DNA from: Leptonemataceae bacterium
Lineage (GTDB): Bacteria; Spirochaetota; Leptospiria; Leptospirales; Leptonemataceae
Direction of reading: 5' to 3'
Assembly: GCA_965227295.1 (NCBI GenBank)
Contig: OZ245742.1
Location: 2,144,001 to 2,208,000 of the forward strand
DNA: 64,000 nucleotides
Of this stretch, positions 1-10,013 are shown piece after piece. A model generated the notes under the pieces. That model saw only the letters and a program-made list of their open reading frames with translations, was not told where the DNA came from and did no database searches. The position numbers were made by a program, and so were the translations under genes. Positions within the stretch are counted from its first letter, which is position 1, and every line of letters begins with the position of its first letter.

Positions 1-1
1 G

Positions 2-2920
2 GATAGCTGGCCGAAACCTAAAATCTACGGCATCGTGGTGTTGCCGTCCGCGTTCAAACGCGTCGTCTACAACCGGAACGCCCGGGCCAACGCCTACGCC
101 GCGCTGAAAGAGATCGACTACTTCATGTCCGGCAACGGCTTTCACGCGAAGTACCCCGGCGGTTACGAAACGCACATCGCGGATCGCCTCTTCGACGACG
201 GCATGTTGTACCTCCTGGACGTCGAGAACTTCGCCGGCAACGTTTTGCAAGACCGCGACCAGGTCCAGGAACTCACCGGGCAGTTCATCTATACCTTCGT
301 GGCTTCGTCGGTGGGCGGCGCCATCGAAGAACGCATGGTGAACGATTCCTCGCGCACTTCGATCTACTTTCCGGAGAAAGGGGACGAGCCCAAACGTCGC
401 GCCTCGTACAACAGCTTCGGCATCTCACGCGTCACGTACCCGGCGCCGCAGATGCGCGACCTGGGCTACAAGCTCGTATCGCTCCGTCTCATTCAAAACT
501 TCCGCAAGCGCGTAAAGCCGCAGGCATTGGAAGTTACCTTCGGCGATATGAATCGCGGCCTGGTTCGTGCGTTGCGCCTGAACTGCCGACTCATTTTCGA
601 CCGCATGTACCCGGACTACAAGCTGGACTGGCAGACCGAGTTTAACAGCTACAAACTACGCATTAAGAAGGCCCTCAAGAAACGCGACTCCCGCGAACTT
701 ACGGCCTCCCTGGAACTCATGGTACGGGACTACGGCAAGGGCGAGATGGACCGGCTCAAGGATCGTCTGCTCAAGCGCATGGAGACCCGCTGGCGCCTGG
801 AACTGGACAAGATGGAACAGATCCTGAATAAGGTCATCCATCAGGTCCTGAAAGATCCGGGCCGGGGTTTTCTGTTCTGTCGCGCGCTCATTGATCGCGT
901 GATGAACAAGCTGGAACTCTATCAGGACACTTACTATCAGCGGCGGACGGGGCTCGAGTATTACAACGAGGACGAGATCCGCAAGCTGATCGGCGAGCTG
1001 GACGGCGGTGAATGGAAGCCGAAGAAGGCCGACGCCGTTTTTTACATGGTGCGCATCAACTATCTTCAGTTGATCTACGAATCCATGCTGCAGTCCTCCG
1101 AGGAATTCGTCCGCGAATTCAAGTCGTTGCTCTATCGCATGAAGAACGATCTCATTGTCCCGCTGGAGGACAAGCTCGTTACGCTCGGCCGCGACCTCCA
1201 GGGTGAAGTCCAGGAGATGCAGTTCGAGCTGTTGCAGAAGATCAACCCGCTCTACTTTTTTCTCATTTCCAAGAAGGAACTGACGGCCTTCTTTCACGAG
1301 TACTTCGCCGAACGTCTCTCCGTCGACGATCTCTCCACCGACGTCGATTTCCTGGAGATGGATCGCGGTGACGACACGCAGCAAATCATTCAGACGTATT
1401 TGATCGGCCAGTACGGGCTCGCGGTCCTTGAGAAGACTCCGACGGAACTGGAGAACTTCATTATCGAAGAACTGGGCGCGGAGATCCTGGAGCTGGAACC
1501 CGACGCCGTCCGCGAACGCCTCTACGGAGAGGGCGAGGAAGATACGGGGCTGCAAATCGCCGACTCCACGATGAACCGCATCGAGGTGGAGAACCTGCGC
1601 CTGGGGCTGTATAAAATCATCCGCCGTCGCTTCGAGGGCTTTAACTTCGAAAACATCAGCATTAAGAAGCTCCTGGATGAGCGCAAGGTTCCGGTGAAGA
1701 AAGTTCTGGAGCGCCTGGATACGTTTTCGCGTCCGTACACGACGGCCGACATGCGCGGCCTCAAGGGCATGGAGTACTATCGCACGATCACGCAGTTCGA
1801 TCTGAACGTCTTCGAAGAAGGCGACACGGCTCCGGAGCGCGGCGCCAACGATCTGCCGGCGCGTATGGATCACTACGTAAAACGTTCCGATGCGAAGCCG
1901 AACATCTCCGTGGAAACCTTTACGGTGCCGAACCTGTGCAAGCCCTACGAAATGATTTCCATCGGCATCGTCCTCGGTTTTCCGCTGTATCGCGTCGACG
2001 GCTTGCGGGACAGCGCGCGGGATTATCACGCCATCCTCGACGATCGTTCGCATCCCATGCACCTGTTCAATCATCCTTCTTACGATGCGCGTTATTTTCC
2101 GGATCCGTACCGGGATCGCAACTATCTCAACCCGCGGCAACTCTGGGAAGGCCTGCGGCACTATGACCTCATAGAAAAGGGCGGCAACGGTAAGTTCGTT
2201 TACGATGAAACTATGCACGTCGGCCTGCGTTCGATGCACGCCCGCGAGGAGTATCTGGGTTCCGTGCGCAAGGTCATGGACCAGGTGAGCGATGCCGGCG
2301 GGGTGCACGAATGCAGCGCGGCGATCCTTGCCCGGGCGATCCTCTCTCTGGGGATGCTCAAGAAGGACTCAAAGAGCGGGCGCCTGAAGTTTCGCCGGGA
2401 CTACGATCAGGTGGTGCGCGACATTCTCGACGGAGACGGTACCGGCGATCGCGCGGCGAAGTCCGGGCTTTCGAAGGACGAGTACATTGCGAAGCACATC
2501 CCGTCGCCTGAGTTTGCCGACGAGCGCGAACTGGTGCAGTTCATGGAAAAACAAATAAGCTGCCGCGAATTTCTGGCCCGGGACGTGGGTCGCATCTTCG
2601 ACGATACGCGCGGTCACGTCACCGCCGGCGCGGCCATTGAAATTCCGCGCAGCAAGATCGAAGCGATTCCGCTGCCGGAGTTCGCGGACGAGATCGAGTT
2701 CTACGACTACTTCGAAAGCCACGGCTCCCTGGAATGGCAGAACTATCTCAAGAACGAACTCGTGCGCATGACCGAGCGGGAAGTGCGTCGTTTTCGTTTG
2801 CCGGAAGACCCGACGCTCCTCGATCGCGGCCGCATCCGCAAATACCTGGAAGATCTTTCCGACAAACTTCCGTCCGTCGTCGCCTGGGAAGTGATGGTCA
2901 ACACGGGCGTGATCAAGTAA
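2..2920 (+). CDS. Tubulin-like (Tubulin_2/FtsZ-like) domain protein with long helical C-terminal region; 5' end outside window
   Basis: Frame open from base 2 (DSWPKPKIYGIVVLPSAF). Motifs 'LPSAF...ANAYAALKEIDYF', 'YLLD..N' and 'YNSFG' are typical of Tubulin_2 proteins; the GTP-binding loop would lie upstream of the window. Confidence 0.75.
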   Translation, partial: DSWPKPKIYGIVVLPSAFKRVVYNRNARANAYAALKEIDYFMSGNGFHAKYPGGYETHIADRLFDDGMLYLLDVENFAGNVLQDRDQVQELTGQFIYTFVASSVGGAIEERMVNDSSRTSIYFPEKGDEPKRRASYNSFGISRVTYPAPQMRDLGYKLVSLRLIQNFRKRVKPQALEVTFGDMNRGLVRALRLNCRLIFDRMYPDYKLDWQTEFNSYKLRIKKALKKRDSRELTASLELMVRDYGKGEMDRLKDRLLKRMETRWRLELDKMEQILNKVIHQVLKDPGRGFLFCRALIDRVMNKLELYQDTYYQRRTGLEYYNEDEIRKLIGELDGGEWKPKKADAVFYMVRINYLQLIYESMLQSSEEFVREFKSLLYRMKNDLIVPLEDKLVTLGRDLQGEVQEMQFELLQKINPLYFFLISKKELTAFFHEYFAERLSVDDLSTDVDFLEMDRGDDTQQIIQTYLIGQYGLAVLEKTPTELENFIIEELGAEILELEPDAVRERLYGEGEEDTGLQIADSTMNRIEVENLRLGLYKIIRRRFEGFNFENISIKKLLDERKVPVKKVLERLDTFSRPYTTADMRGLKGMEYYRTITQFDLNVFEEGDTAPERGANDLPARMDHYVKRSDAKPNISVETFTVPNLCKPYEMISIGIVLGFPLYRVDGLRDSARDYHAILDDRSHPMHLFNHPSYDARYFPDPYRDRNYLNPRQLWEGLRHYDLIEKGGNGKFVYDETMHVGLRSMHAREEYLGSVRKVMDQVSDAGGVHECSAAILARAILSLGMLKKDSKSGRLKFRRDYDQVVRDILDGDGTGDRAAKSGLSKDEYIAKHIPSPEFADERELVQFMEKQISCREFLARDVGRIFDDTRGHVTAGAAIEIPRSKIEAIPLPEFADEIEFYDYFESHGSLEWQNYLKNELVRMTEREVRRFRLPEDPTLLDRGRIRKYLEDLSDKLPSVVAWEVMVNTGVIK

Positions 2921-2935
2921 AACGTCGCGAGACGT

Positions 2936-4045
2936 ATGTCCTGGATCGACACCGCCTATCATAAACTCGCGAAGCCGCTGCTGTTTCGTCTGGACGCCGA
3001 GACCGCCCACGAACTCGCCGCGGCGCTGATCACCCACACCGGAACGTTTCCCGGCTACGAACGTTTGCTCGGATTGTTGCTCGGCTACTCATCGCCGCGC
3101 CTGCGCCAAACCGTTTGCGGTGTGGATTTTCCCAATCCGGTGGGTCTCGCCGCCGGCTTCGACAAAACCGGCGCCCTGTATCCGTATCTTGCGCACATGG
3201 GTTTCGGTTTCGTCGAGTGTGGAACCTTTACGGCCCACGGCCAGCCCGGTAACGAACGTCCGCGGCTGTTTCGCTTTCCGGAGCACAGCGCCCTCGTGAA
3301 TCGCATGGGCTTCAATAATCCCGGCAGTGCGCGGGCCGCGGAGCTCCTGGATTCTCAGGAGTATTGCGGCGTGCGTGGCATTAACATTGGGAAAAGTAAA
3401 GTTGCGGAAATTGACGCCGCGACGGACGACTATCTCATTTCCCTGGAACGCCTGGAGCGATTCAGTGACTACGTCACCGTCAACGTCAGCTCGCCGAATA
3501 CGCCGGGCCTGCGCAAACTTCAGGGCAAGAAATACTTAAGTGAACTCCTGGGCGCACTGCGCCGGCGCATGGACGAACTGGCCCGGGGGCGGGTGCGCGC
3601 GCCGGCCCCGCTCTTTGTCAAGGTCGCCCCGGATCTTACCATGCGGCAACTCGACGCGATTCTCGACGCCGTGTTCGAAAGCAACGTGCAGGGCATCATC
3701 ATCAGCAACACTACGATCGACAAACATAGCGTGCCCGGCGCCGCGGAAATCGAGGGGGGACTGTCCGGCCCGGCAGTGCGCGAAGTGAGCACGCGTTTGA
3801 TTCGCCGCGTGTATCGCGAGGCCGGTGACCGCCTCGCAATCATCGGCGTGGGCGGCATCAATTCCGGCGCCGACGCCCTGGAAAAAATCCTGGCCGGCGC
3901 GTCGCTTGTACAAATTTACACCGGCTACATCTTTGAAGGGCCGCTGTTGCCGGCGCGGATCAATCGTTACCTCGATGAGTATCTGGAGCAATCCGGAGCA
4001 ACGCTCGCGGAACTGCGCGGGCGGGATGAAGCGTCGCTTCAGTAA
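2936..4045 (+). CDS. pyrD: Quinone-dependent dihydroorotate dehydrogenase
   Basis: NPVGLAAGFDK, NRMGFNN, NVSSPNTPGLR, VKVAPD, GGLSG, IIGVGGI, GASLVQIYT motifs. Confidence 0.97.
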   Translation: MSWIDTAYHKLAKPLLFRLDAETAHELAAALITHTGTFPGYERLLGLLLGYSSPRLRQTVCGVDFPNPVGLAAGFDKTGALYPYLAHMGFGFVECGTFTAHGQPGNERPRLFRFPEHSALVNRMGFNNPGSARAAELLDSQEYCGVRGINIGKSKVAEIDAATDDYLISLERLERFSDYVTVNVSSPNTPGLRKLQGKKYLSELLGALRRRMDELARGRVRAPAPLFVKVAPDLTMRQLDAILDAVFESNVQGIIISNTTIDKHSVPGAAEIEGGLSGPAVREVSTRLIRRVYREAGDRLAIIGVGGINSGADALEKILAGASLVQIYTGYIFEGPLLPARINRYLDEYLEQSGATLAELRGRDEASLQ

Positions 4046-4203
4046 ATGTGAATGAGCGTAAATAAGGCTTCAATCGATCTTGCGGATCTTATGATTCATG
4101 TTATCCGTTACATTAAGTTATAACTTCGACAACGAAACGGCACAGGAGCATCATTTTTTCTTTACATACCACGCCGACGAACCTAAAACTGGCACGTTAT
4201 CCC

Positions 4204-4533
4204 ATGGGCGGCGACGATAAAAAAACCATCCGCAGTGTGCGCATCTGGCAGAACATCGACGTCGAGGCCGTGCGCAAACAGCTCATCCTCGTCGACGACC
4301 TCTACGGAAGTTGCGGCAACTGCAAACAACTCGGCCTCAACTATCTCAAAGACCGCAAGTGTACGAGCTGCGGCAACGAGTTCCGCTACCTGGCAACGAA
4401 GCTGCAGGCCCCGGGTGAAGTGGCGAAGATCCTGAATCGCATCCACAAAGAAGAATTGCCGCTCCAGGTCATTGACCGGGACGATTTCGAACGCGCGAGC
4501 GCCCGGGACGCTCTGCAAGATCTTTTTTCGTGA
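4204..4533 (+). CDS. Small hypothetical protein with CxxC...CxxC zinc ribbon
   Basis: CGNC and CTSC motifs; coding-like codon usage; AT-rich upstream region. Confidence 0.75.
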   Translation: MGGDDKKTIRSVRIWQNIDVEAVRKQLILVDDLYGSCGNCKQLGLNYLKDRKCTSCGNEFRYLATKLQAPGEVAKILNRIHKEELPLQVIDRDDFERASARDALQDLFS

Positions 4534-4543
4534 GGTCGGGAGC

Positions 4544-4873
4544 ATGAACGTACAAATATCCGACGGTTTCATGTTAGTGCGTCTGCCCAACGCGGACGCC
4601 ATCTTTACGCCGGAAGGATCGTGTTCTCTCGATCCGCTGCTGGATCAGGGCGCGGGTCGGCCGGTGCTCCTGGACTTCGCGTTGGTGAAGATGATCACGT
4701 CCAGCGGCGTGGGTTTGCTGTTGCACTTTCTGGTTGCCGCGGAAAAGCGCGGGACCCCTACGGCGCTCTACGGCGCCAACGATCTCGTCGCTAAAATCTT
4801 CAGTGTCGCCGGTGTGGACGAGATCACGCGCATCTTCGATACCGAGGCGGAGGCCCGTGCTGCTTTCGCCTGA
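4544..4873 (+). CDS. STAS-domain anti-sigma factor antagonist
   Basis: VLLDFALVKMITSSGVGLL and IFSVAGVDEITRIFDTEAEA match STAS pattern; start at ATG 4544 behind GGGAG. Confidence 0.88.
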   Translation: MNVQISDGFMLVRLPNADAIFTPEGSCSLDPLLDQGAGRPVLLDFALVKMITSSGVGLLLHFLVAAEKRGTPTALYGANDLVAKIFSVAGVDEITRIFDTEAEARAAFA

Positions 4874-4924
4874 ACGATTCATTCTATCCCACTGCTAAGC
4901 CGGTATTCCAAACGATCCCTCACG

Positions 4925-7429
4925 TCAGCGGTTGCCGGCTTTTGGTTGATCGTCGATGCCGAGTAGATTCAAGAGGCCGCGCACCGGGCCAATCTTATGA
5001 TGAAACTCCATGACGACGAAACACATATCGTCGGCCAGCGCTTTCTGACCGCGAAACTCATCCAGCTCCGCTTCCAGTTGCAGGGGGATGTTCTCCAGCG
5101 GAACGAGGCTCTGGCGACTGAGAAACGTTTCCAGACGCCGACTGCCGAAGCTCTCTTCCTGATCGTTGAATGTTTCCGTAACACCGTCACTGTAAAGATA
5201 CAGGCGATCCTGCGGATCCAGGCGCAGGCGTTCCGCGGCGAAATCGTCGGCGGTAGCGGGCAGGATGCCCACCATATGCTGCGTGCTGGCGAGGCGCTCC
5301 ACCCGGCCGTTCGTGCGGTGCAGGTACGGACCTGGATGCCCGGCGTTCACGTACTGCATCGCGCCGGTATCGCTGTCCACGATGCATGCAAACATTGTGA
5401 TGTACTCATTGCCGCTGTAACGATCCATTAAGAATGAATTCATGACGGCGAGGGTTTCAGAAAGATCGGCTCCGCTTTCCAGATGCGCCCGGGCAATGGC
5501 GCGCACTGAGCTTACCAGGTAACCCGTCCCCAGGCCGTGGCCGCTGACGTCACCGAGTATGAGGGCGAAGCGGCGCGGTGACAGACGAATGAGATCCAGG
5601 TAGTCGCCGGTAACAGAGATGGCCGGATGATTGAAGTACGCCAGGCGGACGTCGTTGAAAGATTGGTCTTCCGGGCCCGGCAGGCTGCGTTGCACGTGGC
5701 CGGCGATGACCAGTTCACGAATGCGGCGGCGCTTTTCGATCTCACCCATCAGCAAGGTGTAGTTGTAGATCAACATGCCGACGAGTTTCGCCGCTTCTTG
5801 CAGATAACGAATTTCGCGCAGCTCCAGCTTCTGGCCGTTGCGACGATAGCCCACCATCAGCGCGACTCGCACGCCGTCGTCCCCGGAAGGTTCGTCGTCG
5901 TCCGCGCGACGACCCGCACTCCAGGGCAGGGCCGGCAATCCGAGTCGGCGTTCCAGACGTCGTCGCCCGCGACCGACGATGCCGATGGCGAGCATGACAC
6001 GATTTTTGTAGAGATAGTGAAAGAGTTCTTCGCGCCCGCCGCCGGCGTACGTCAGATACGCCGTAACGACGAGACGCTCCGGAGTGATGTAGCGCCACAC
6101 GGACGAGTCCTTTGAGATGCGTTGCAATCGAGAGCGCCGCAATCGAAAACCCGCGAACGCCGGGCCGGACATGAGAAAGCTGACCTTCTCCAGGTCTAAG
6201 GTTTCCTGAACTTCATCCAAGAAGGCGTGGGCCGCCGGCTGAATGCGGCGGTTCGAGGAGAGCAGGGCCGCCATGCGTTTTAAGGAGTCGGCCAGGCGGG
6301 CGTCCGGGCGCAAGATGCGTTTCTCGAAGAAGGTCGAGAGCGCTCGCCGCGCCGGATCGAGAAAGAACACCAGAATCAAAATGAATACCAGGTTCACGAT
6401 CCACTGATACCGCGCTTCCTGCTCCGGTAACAGCAGGCTGTGCGACAGCAACACGACGCCGTAGATGCTCACGAAGAGCGTTGTCGCCAGGGTGGCGGTG
6501 ATGGAGTGCGTGAGCACGAATTGAAACGGAATGATGTGCAGGCGATACGTACTGTAGATGAGCGCCACCGGGAAGATCACGCCGGTGAACGTGAGATAAT
6601 CCATGGGGACGCCGAAGTCAAAACCGCTGAGACCCAGCGCGACCCACGAGAGGGGCAGGAAAAAACCCAGGAGCGTGCCCAGGAACAACACCCAGCGTTT
6701 AAACTTTTCGACACGATCTTCGGTGGAACGCAGGGCGTTCTCCAGTTGCATGCCCACTACCACGGTGAGTGCGACGAGAAAGGCGTACAGGCCGAGCCGG
6801 GTAAGATTGGTGATCGTCTCGGCATTCTCGCGGCCCACGTAGGCGATCAAGCTCAAGAATAAAAAGACGATCACCTCACCGACGATGATGTAACCGGAGA
6901 CCTCCTTGCCGGTGGTGCGCAGGCCCATGTTAAAGAGGGCCAGGGGCAGGGCCAGGCCGGAGATCTGGAACAACAGCTCCAGATCGTGGTACGCTGTAAT
7001 TGCCACAAAAGAAAAGTTAAAGATGCCCAGGAAGAAACACAGGGCGGCCAGATGGATGTCGTTGGCGCTCTGTAAAAACCAGGCGGCGCAGATGACGTAG
7101 ATGAAAGAAAACAGAATGAACCACTTAAAATCCAGGGCCACCCGCCAGCGATGATTCTCCACCAACCGCATGAAACCCGTGCCGGCGTCGCTGTGGACCA
7201 TCACCGGCTCACCGGACTCGAAGATCGCGTTCCGGGCCGCCGGATCGCTGCCGTCGATCTCGAAGAAACGTCGCGTTTCGAACTCGTCCGCGCCGGGACC
7301 GATGGGCAAGACGGCGCCGCCCGGAGTCGCGTAGCGCGGGAGCCGGTAGCCGCCGCTGTCCATCACGACGTAGTAGGCCAGCCCCAGAACCAGAACGCAC
7401 AGCGGATAAATAATCTGCCCGATCCGCAT
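4925..7429 (-). CDS. Membrane-bound SpoIIE/RsbU-family PP2C phosphatase
   Basis: Many TM helices, then VTGDYLD, GDVSGHG, NAGHP, LYSDGVTE and DDMC PP2C motifs. Confidence 0.92.
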   Translation of the reverse strand: MRIGQIIYPLCVLVLGLAYYVVMDSGGYRLPRYATPGGAVLPIGPGADEFETRRFFEIDGSDPAARNAIFESGEPVMVHSDAGTGFMRLVENHRWRVALDFKWFILFSFIYVICAAWFLQSANDIHLAALCFFLGIFNFSFVAITAYHDLELLFQISGLALPLALFNMGLRTTGKEVSGYIIVGEVIVFLFLSLIAYVGRENAETITNLTRLGLYAFLVALTVVVGMQLENALRSTEDRVEKFKRWVLFLGTLLGFFLPLSWVALGLSGFDFGVPMDYLTFTGVIFPVALIYSTYRLHIIPFQFVLTHSITATLATTLFVSIYGVVLLSHSLLLPEQEARYQWIVNLVFILILVFFLDPARRALSTFFEKRILRPDARLADSLKRMAALLSSNRRIQPAAHAFLDEVQETLDLEKVSFLMSGPAFAGFRLRRSRLQRISKDSSVWRYITPERLVVTAYLTYAGGGREELFHYLYKNRVMLAIGIVGRGRRRLERRLGLPALPWSAGRRADDDEPSGDDGVRVALMVGYRRNGQKLELREIRYLQEAAKLVGMLIYNYTLLMGEIEKRRRIRELVIAGHVQRSLPGPEDQSFNDVRLAYFNHPAISVTGDYLDLIRLSPRRFALILGDVSGHGLGTGYLVSSVRAIARAHLESGADLSETLAVMNSFLMDRYSGNEYITMFACIVDSDTGAMQYVNAGHPGPYLHRTNGRVERLASTQHMVGILPATADDFAAERLRLDPQDRLYLYSDGVTETFNDQEESFGSRRLETFLSRQSLVPLENIPLQLEAELDEFRGQKALADDMCFVVMEFHHKIGPVRGLLNLLGIDDQPKAGNR

Positions 7430-8685
7430 CAGCGTAGCTCCAGCAGGGGCGTGCCGCCGAAGTCCAGAGACAGGACGTCACCGGATTGCAATTCGATGAA
7501 GTTACGCCAGCCCGGTGACACCAGCACTCGTGACGGTCGTTTCAAATCCCGTACGCGAAAGTGATCGCCGTCCATTAAGACGACGACCGTTCGTTCCGAC
7601 GGCACCAGCTCGGCGATGAGGGTTTCCACCGGATACTCGCGGCGATCTGCTTCCGGATACTGTTTGATGTAGGTCAACAAACGGTACATGGTTACGTTGG
7701 TCTCGCGCTGAATGTACGAGTAGAGATGGCCGAGCATCCCGTAGAGGATGATGCCGGCGGCGCTGGTGGCCCGGTCCGCGGCGAGCACCACGAGATACCA
7801 GCGGCCTTCGCGGGTGGGAAAGAATTCCAGGATCGCCGGCGCCGCCGCGGAAGAACGCCGCACGGCGAAGTTCGGGATGTCCGGTAACTTTGTATCGTGT
7901 AAAGTTTGGCGGACCTTCTCCGCGGAGATCAGTTCTTCGTCGTAGGGGCGACTGTCGATGATGCGATGCGAGAGGATGTTGTTTTGAATGCTCACGCCGG
8001 CCTTGTCGCCGAAGAACGTGAGCGCCTGCTCCGCGTGTTTGTGGCGCACCGGCTCGTGCAGCGCCAGGAAACCCAGCACGCGCCGACGAAAAACGAAAGG
8101 TTGCAGCAGCACCGCGCCCATGTCCTCCAGGCCGCGCCGGAGCAGCGGCGGCAGGCGCGGATCGTCGAAGTGCACCGTACGATTAAAGTTTCGCAACGCG
8201 CGCAGGAAGTCTTCGTTCGTGCGCTCCCCGGCATGGCGGGATTCGTGCAGATGGCCGTTGCGGTAGAGATGATAACGAAAAAAGCGCCGCGACGGATCCA
8301 GGATGGCCATGCGCGCGTGCCGGACCCCGAGCCACTGCATGAACTCCGGAAAGATCTCACGGACGAGGGCGTCCATGGTGAACTGCCGCGCCACCACGTC
8401 GAGATGGTGAAAGTCCCGCCCGAAGAACGCCGAGAACTCCCGGCGTTGCAGCACGTTTTGTAAGATGCGTTCCCGGGCCGGAAAGAGAATCAACACGGCG
8501 ATGATGATGAACAGCACCGTCACGATCTGGTTGTGCATGACCAGGCTGTCCGGCGTAAGAAAGGCGATGAGATAGTACGTCAGCACGACGCCCACGCCGA
8601 AGGACAGCGAAAACAGCGAACGCCGGAAGCGTCGGCTTTCCCGGAGGCGCAGAATCCGCCGCCGAATTTCGGATAGAATCTTCAC
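7429..8685 (-). CDS. Membrane protein with GAF-like region and degenerate SpoIIE-like C-terminus
   Basis: Two TM helices, GAF-like 'QPFVFRRRVLGFLALHE', PP2C-like tail lacking catalytic Asp. GTG start overlaps argJ stop (GTGA); its stop overlaps the SpoIIE ATG (TGATG). Confidence 0.7.
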   Translation of the reverse strand: MKILSEIRRRILRLRESRRFRRSLFSLSFGVGVVLTYYLIAFLTPDSLVMHNQIVTVLFIIIAVLILFPARERILQNVLQRREFSAFFGRDFHHLDVVARQFTMDALVREIFPEFMQWLGVRHARMAILDPSRRFFRYHLYRNGHLHESRHAGERTNEDFLRALRNFNRTVHFDDPRLPPLLRRGLEDMGAVLLQPFVFRRRVLGFLALHEPVRHKHAEQALTFFGDKAGVSIQNNILSHRIIDSRPYDEELISAEKVRQTLHDTKLPDIPNFAVRRSSAAAPAILEFFPTREGRWYLVVLAADRATSAAGIILYGMLGHLYSYIQRETNVTMYRLLTYIKQYPEADRREYPVETLIAELVPSERTVVVLMDGDHFRVRDLKRPSRVLVSPGWRNFIELQSGDVLSLDFGGTPLLELR

Positions 8686-9977
8686 GTGGTGTATTCGCTG
8701 TTCAGATGAACGTAGGCCTGGCTCAAGTCCGAGGCCCACACGCAGTCCGCGGCCTCGCCGGCGCCCAGGGCCACCGTCATCTCGACAATGTCCGCATCTT
8801 GAATGTACTGCGAAAGATCGCGCAGCAATGCCGCGTCGCCGACGGCGTCGTGCAACGAACGTTCTCCAAAGTAGATGCGCAGCTTCTCAATGGCCAGGGC
8901 CGGCCGCTCCGGTTCCTTGCCCACGGCCATGACCAATCGTCCCCAGTTCGGATCGGCGCCGTGAATGGCCGTTTTCACCAGTGGGCTGTTTGCAATGCGT
9001 CGGGCAACTCGCAGGGCCTGGCCAGGATCGGCGGCTTCGATCACCCGCACGGAAAAGATGCGCTTCGCTCCCTCGCCGTCGCGCACGATCATCAATGCCA
9101 GGCGGCGCGCCAGGTCCAGGAGCGCCCGAGCGAATTCGCGGTCCTGTTCCGAGAAGCCGTCCACGTCGGCGAGTCCGGAAAGATCGTCAACGTGCACGGG
9201 CAGATTCGCCAGGGCCCGCGCCGCCGCTTCCGGAAAACGGATGCGTACGCCGGAGGCGCCGTTCGCCAGCATGGCCGCCGTATCGCTGGTGGAGGTATCA
9301 CCGTCCACGCTGATGCGATTGAACGTGCGCTGCATGATCGCGTGAAAGAGCCGCCTGAGATCGGCCGCGTCGATCTCCGCGTCGGTAATGAAGTACGTAA
9401 GCATGGTCGCCATGTCCGGCATGATCATGCCGGCGCCCTTGGCAGCCCCGGCCAGGCGTGCGCCGCTCCGGAGTTCCAGGTGTCCGGTCTTGCGGTAGGC
9501 GTCGGTGGTACGGATCGCTTCGGCGAACTCCTCGAACGGTGGTAACTCAGACTGGCTAGAATCTAATGCTCGTAGATTAGCCGGAATGTCCGCGCAGGCG
9601 CCTTGCAACTTTTCGGCGGGCAGCGGCCGACCGATGACGCCGGTGCTGGACGGCAGGATCGCCTGCGCGTCCAGGCCCAGAGCGCGCGCCGCTTCTTCAC
9701 AGGAACGCCTTGCGATTTCCAGACCGGCGGGACCGGTGGCGACGTTGGAATTGCCGGAGTTGACCATGATCGTTTGCAGGCGACCGGCGGCGGCGTGTTC
9801 GCGGCCCACGATGACCGGCTGTCCCGGATACATGTTCTGCGTAAACAGTGCCGCCGAGGTGCACGGACGTTTGCTGTGGATCACGCCGAAGTCCGGGCCG
9901 CGGCCGGCGGCCTTGATGCCGATGTACTTTCCAAATGCGAAGAACTCGCGCGGGTACGGTGATGCGTCTGCAGACAT
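8682..9977 (-). CDS. argJ: Glutamate N-acetyltransferase ArgJ
   Basis: NSGNSN, SSTGVIG, KGAGMIMPDMATML, DGDTSTSDT, RDGEGA, SPLVKTA, DPNWGR, C-terminal EYTT. Confidence 0.97.
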   Translation of the reverse strand: MSADASPYPREFFAFGKYIGIKAAGRGPDFGVIHSKRPCTSAALFTQNMYPGQPVIVGREHAAAGRLQTIMVNSGNSNVATGPAGLEIARRSCEEAARALGLDAQAILPSSTGVIGRPLPAEKLQGACADIPANLRALDSSQSELPPFEEFAEAIRTTDAYRKTGHLELRSGARLAGAAKGAGMIMPDMATMLTYFITDAEIDAADLRRLFHAIMQRTFNRISVDGDTSTSDTAAMLANGASGVRIRFPEAAARALANLPVHVDDLSGLADVDGFSEQDREFARALLDLARRLALMIVRDGEGAKRIFSVRVIEAADPGQALRVARRIANSPLVKTAIHGADPNWGRLVMAVGKEPERPALAIEKLRIYFGERSLHDAVGDAALLRDLSQYIQDADIVEMTVALGAGEAADCVWASDLSQAYVHLNSEYTT

Positions 9978-10013
9978 ATGAAGCGCTCAGGAAAATCAGC
10001 CGCCGGGAAGCTG

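Noticed and set aside
656..2308. 550-aa antisense ORF and similar long shadow ORFs (8706-9545, 11742-12932, 33090-34190, 38294-39310)
   Set aside because: Mirror frames of well-supported genes, typical of high-GC codon bias
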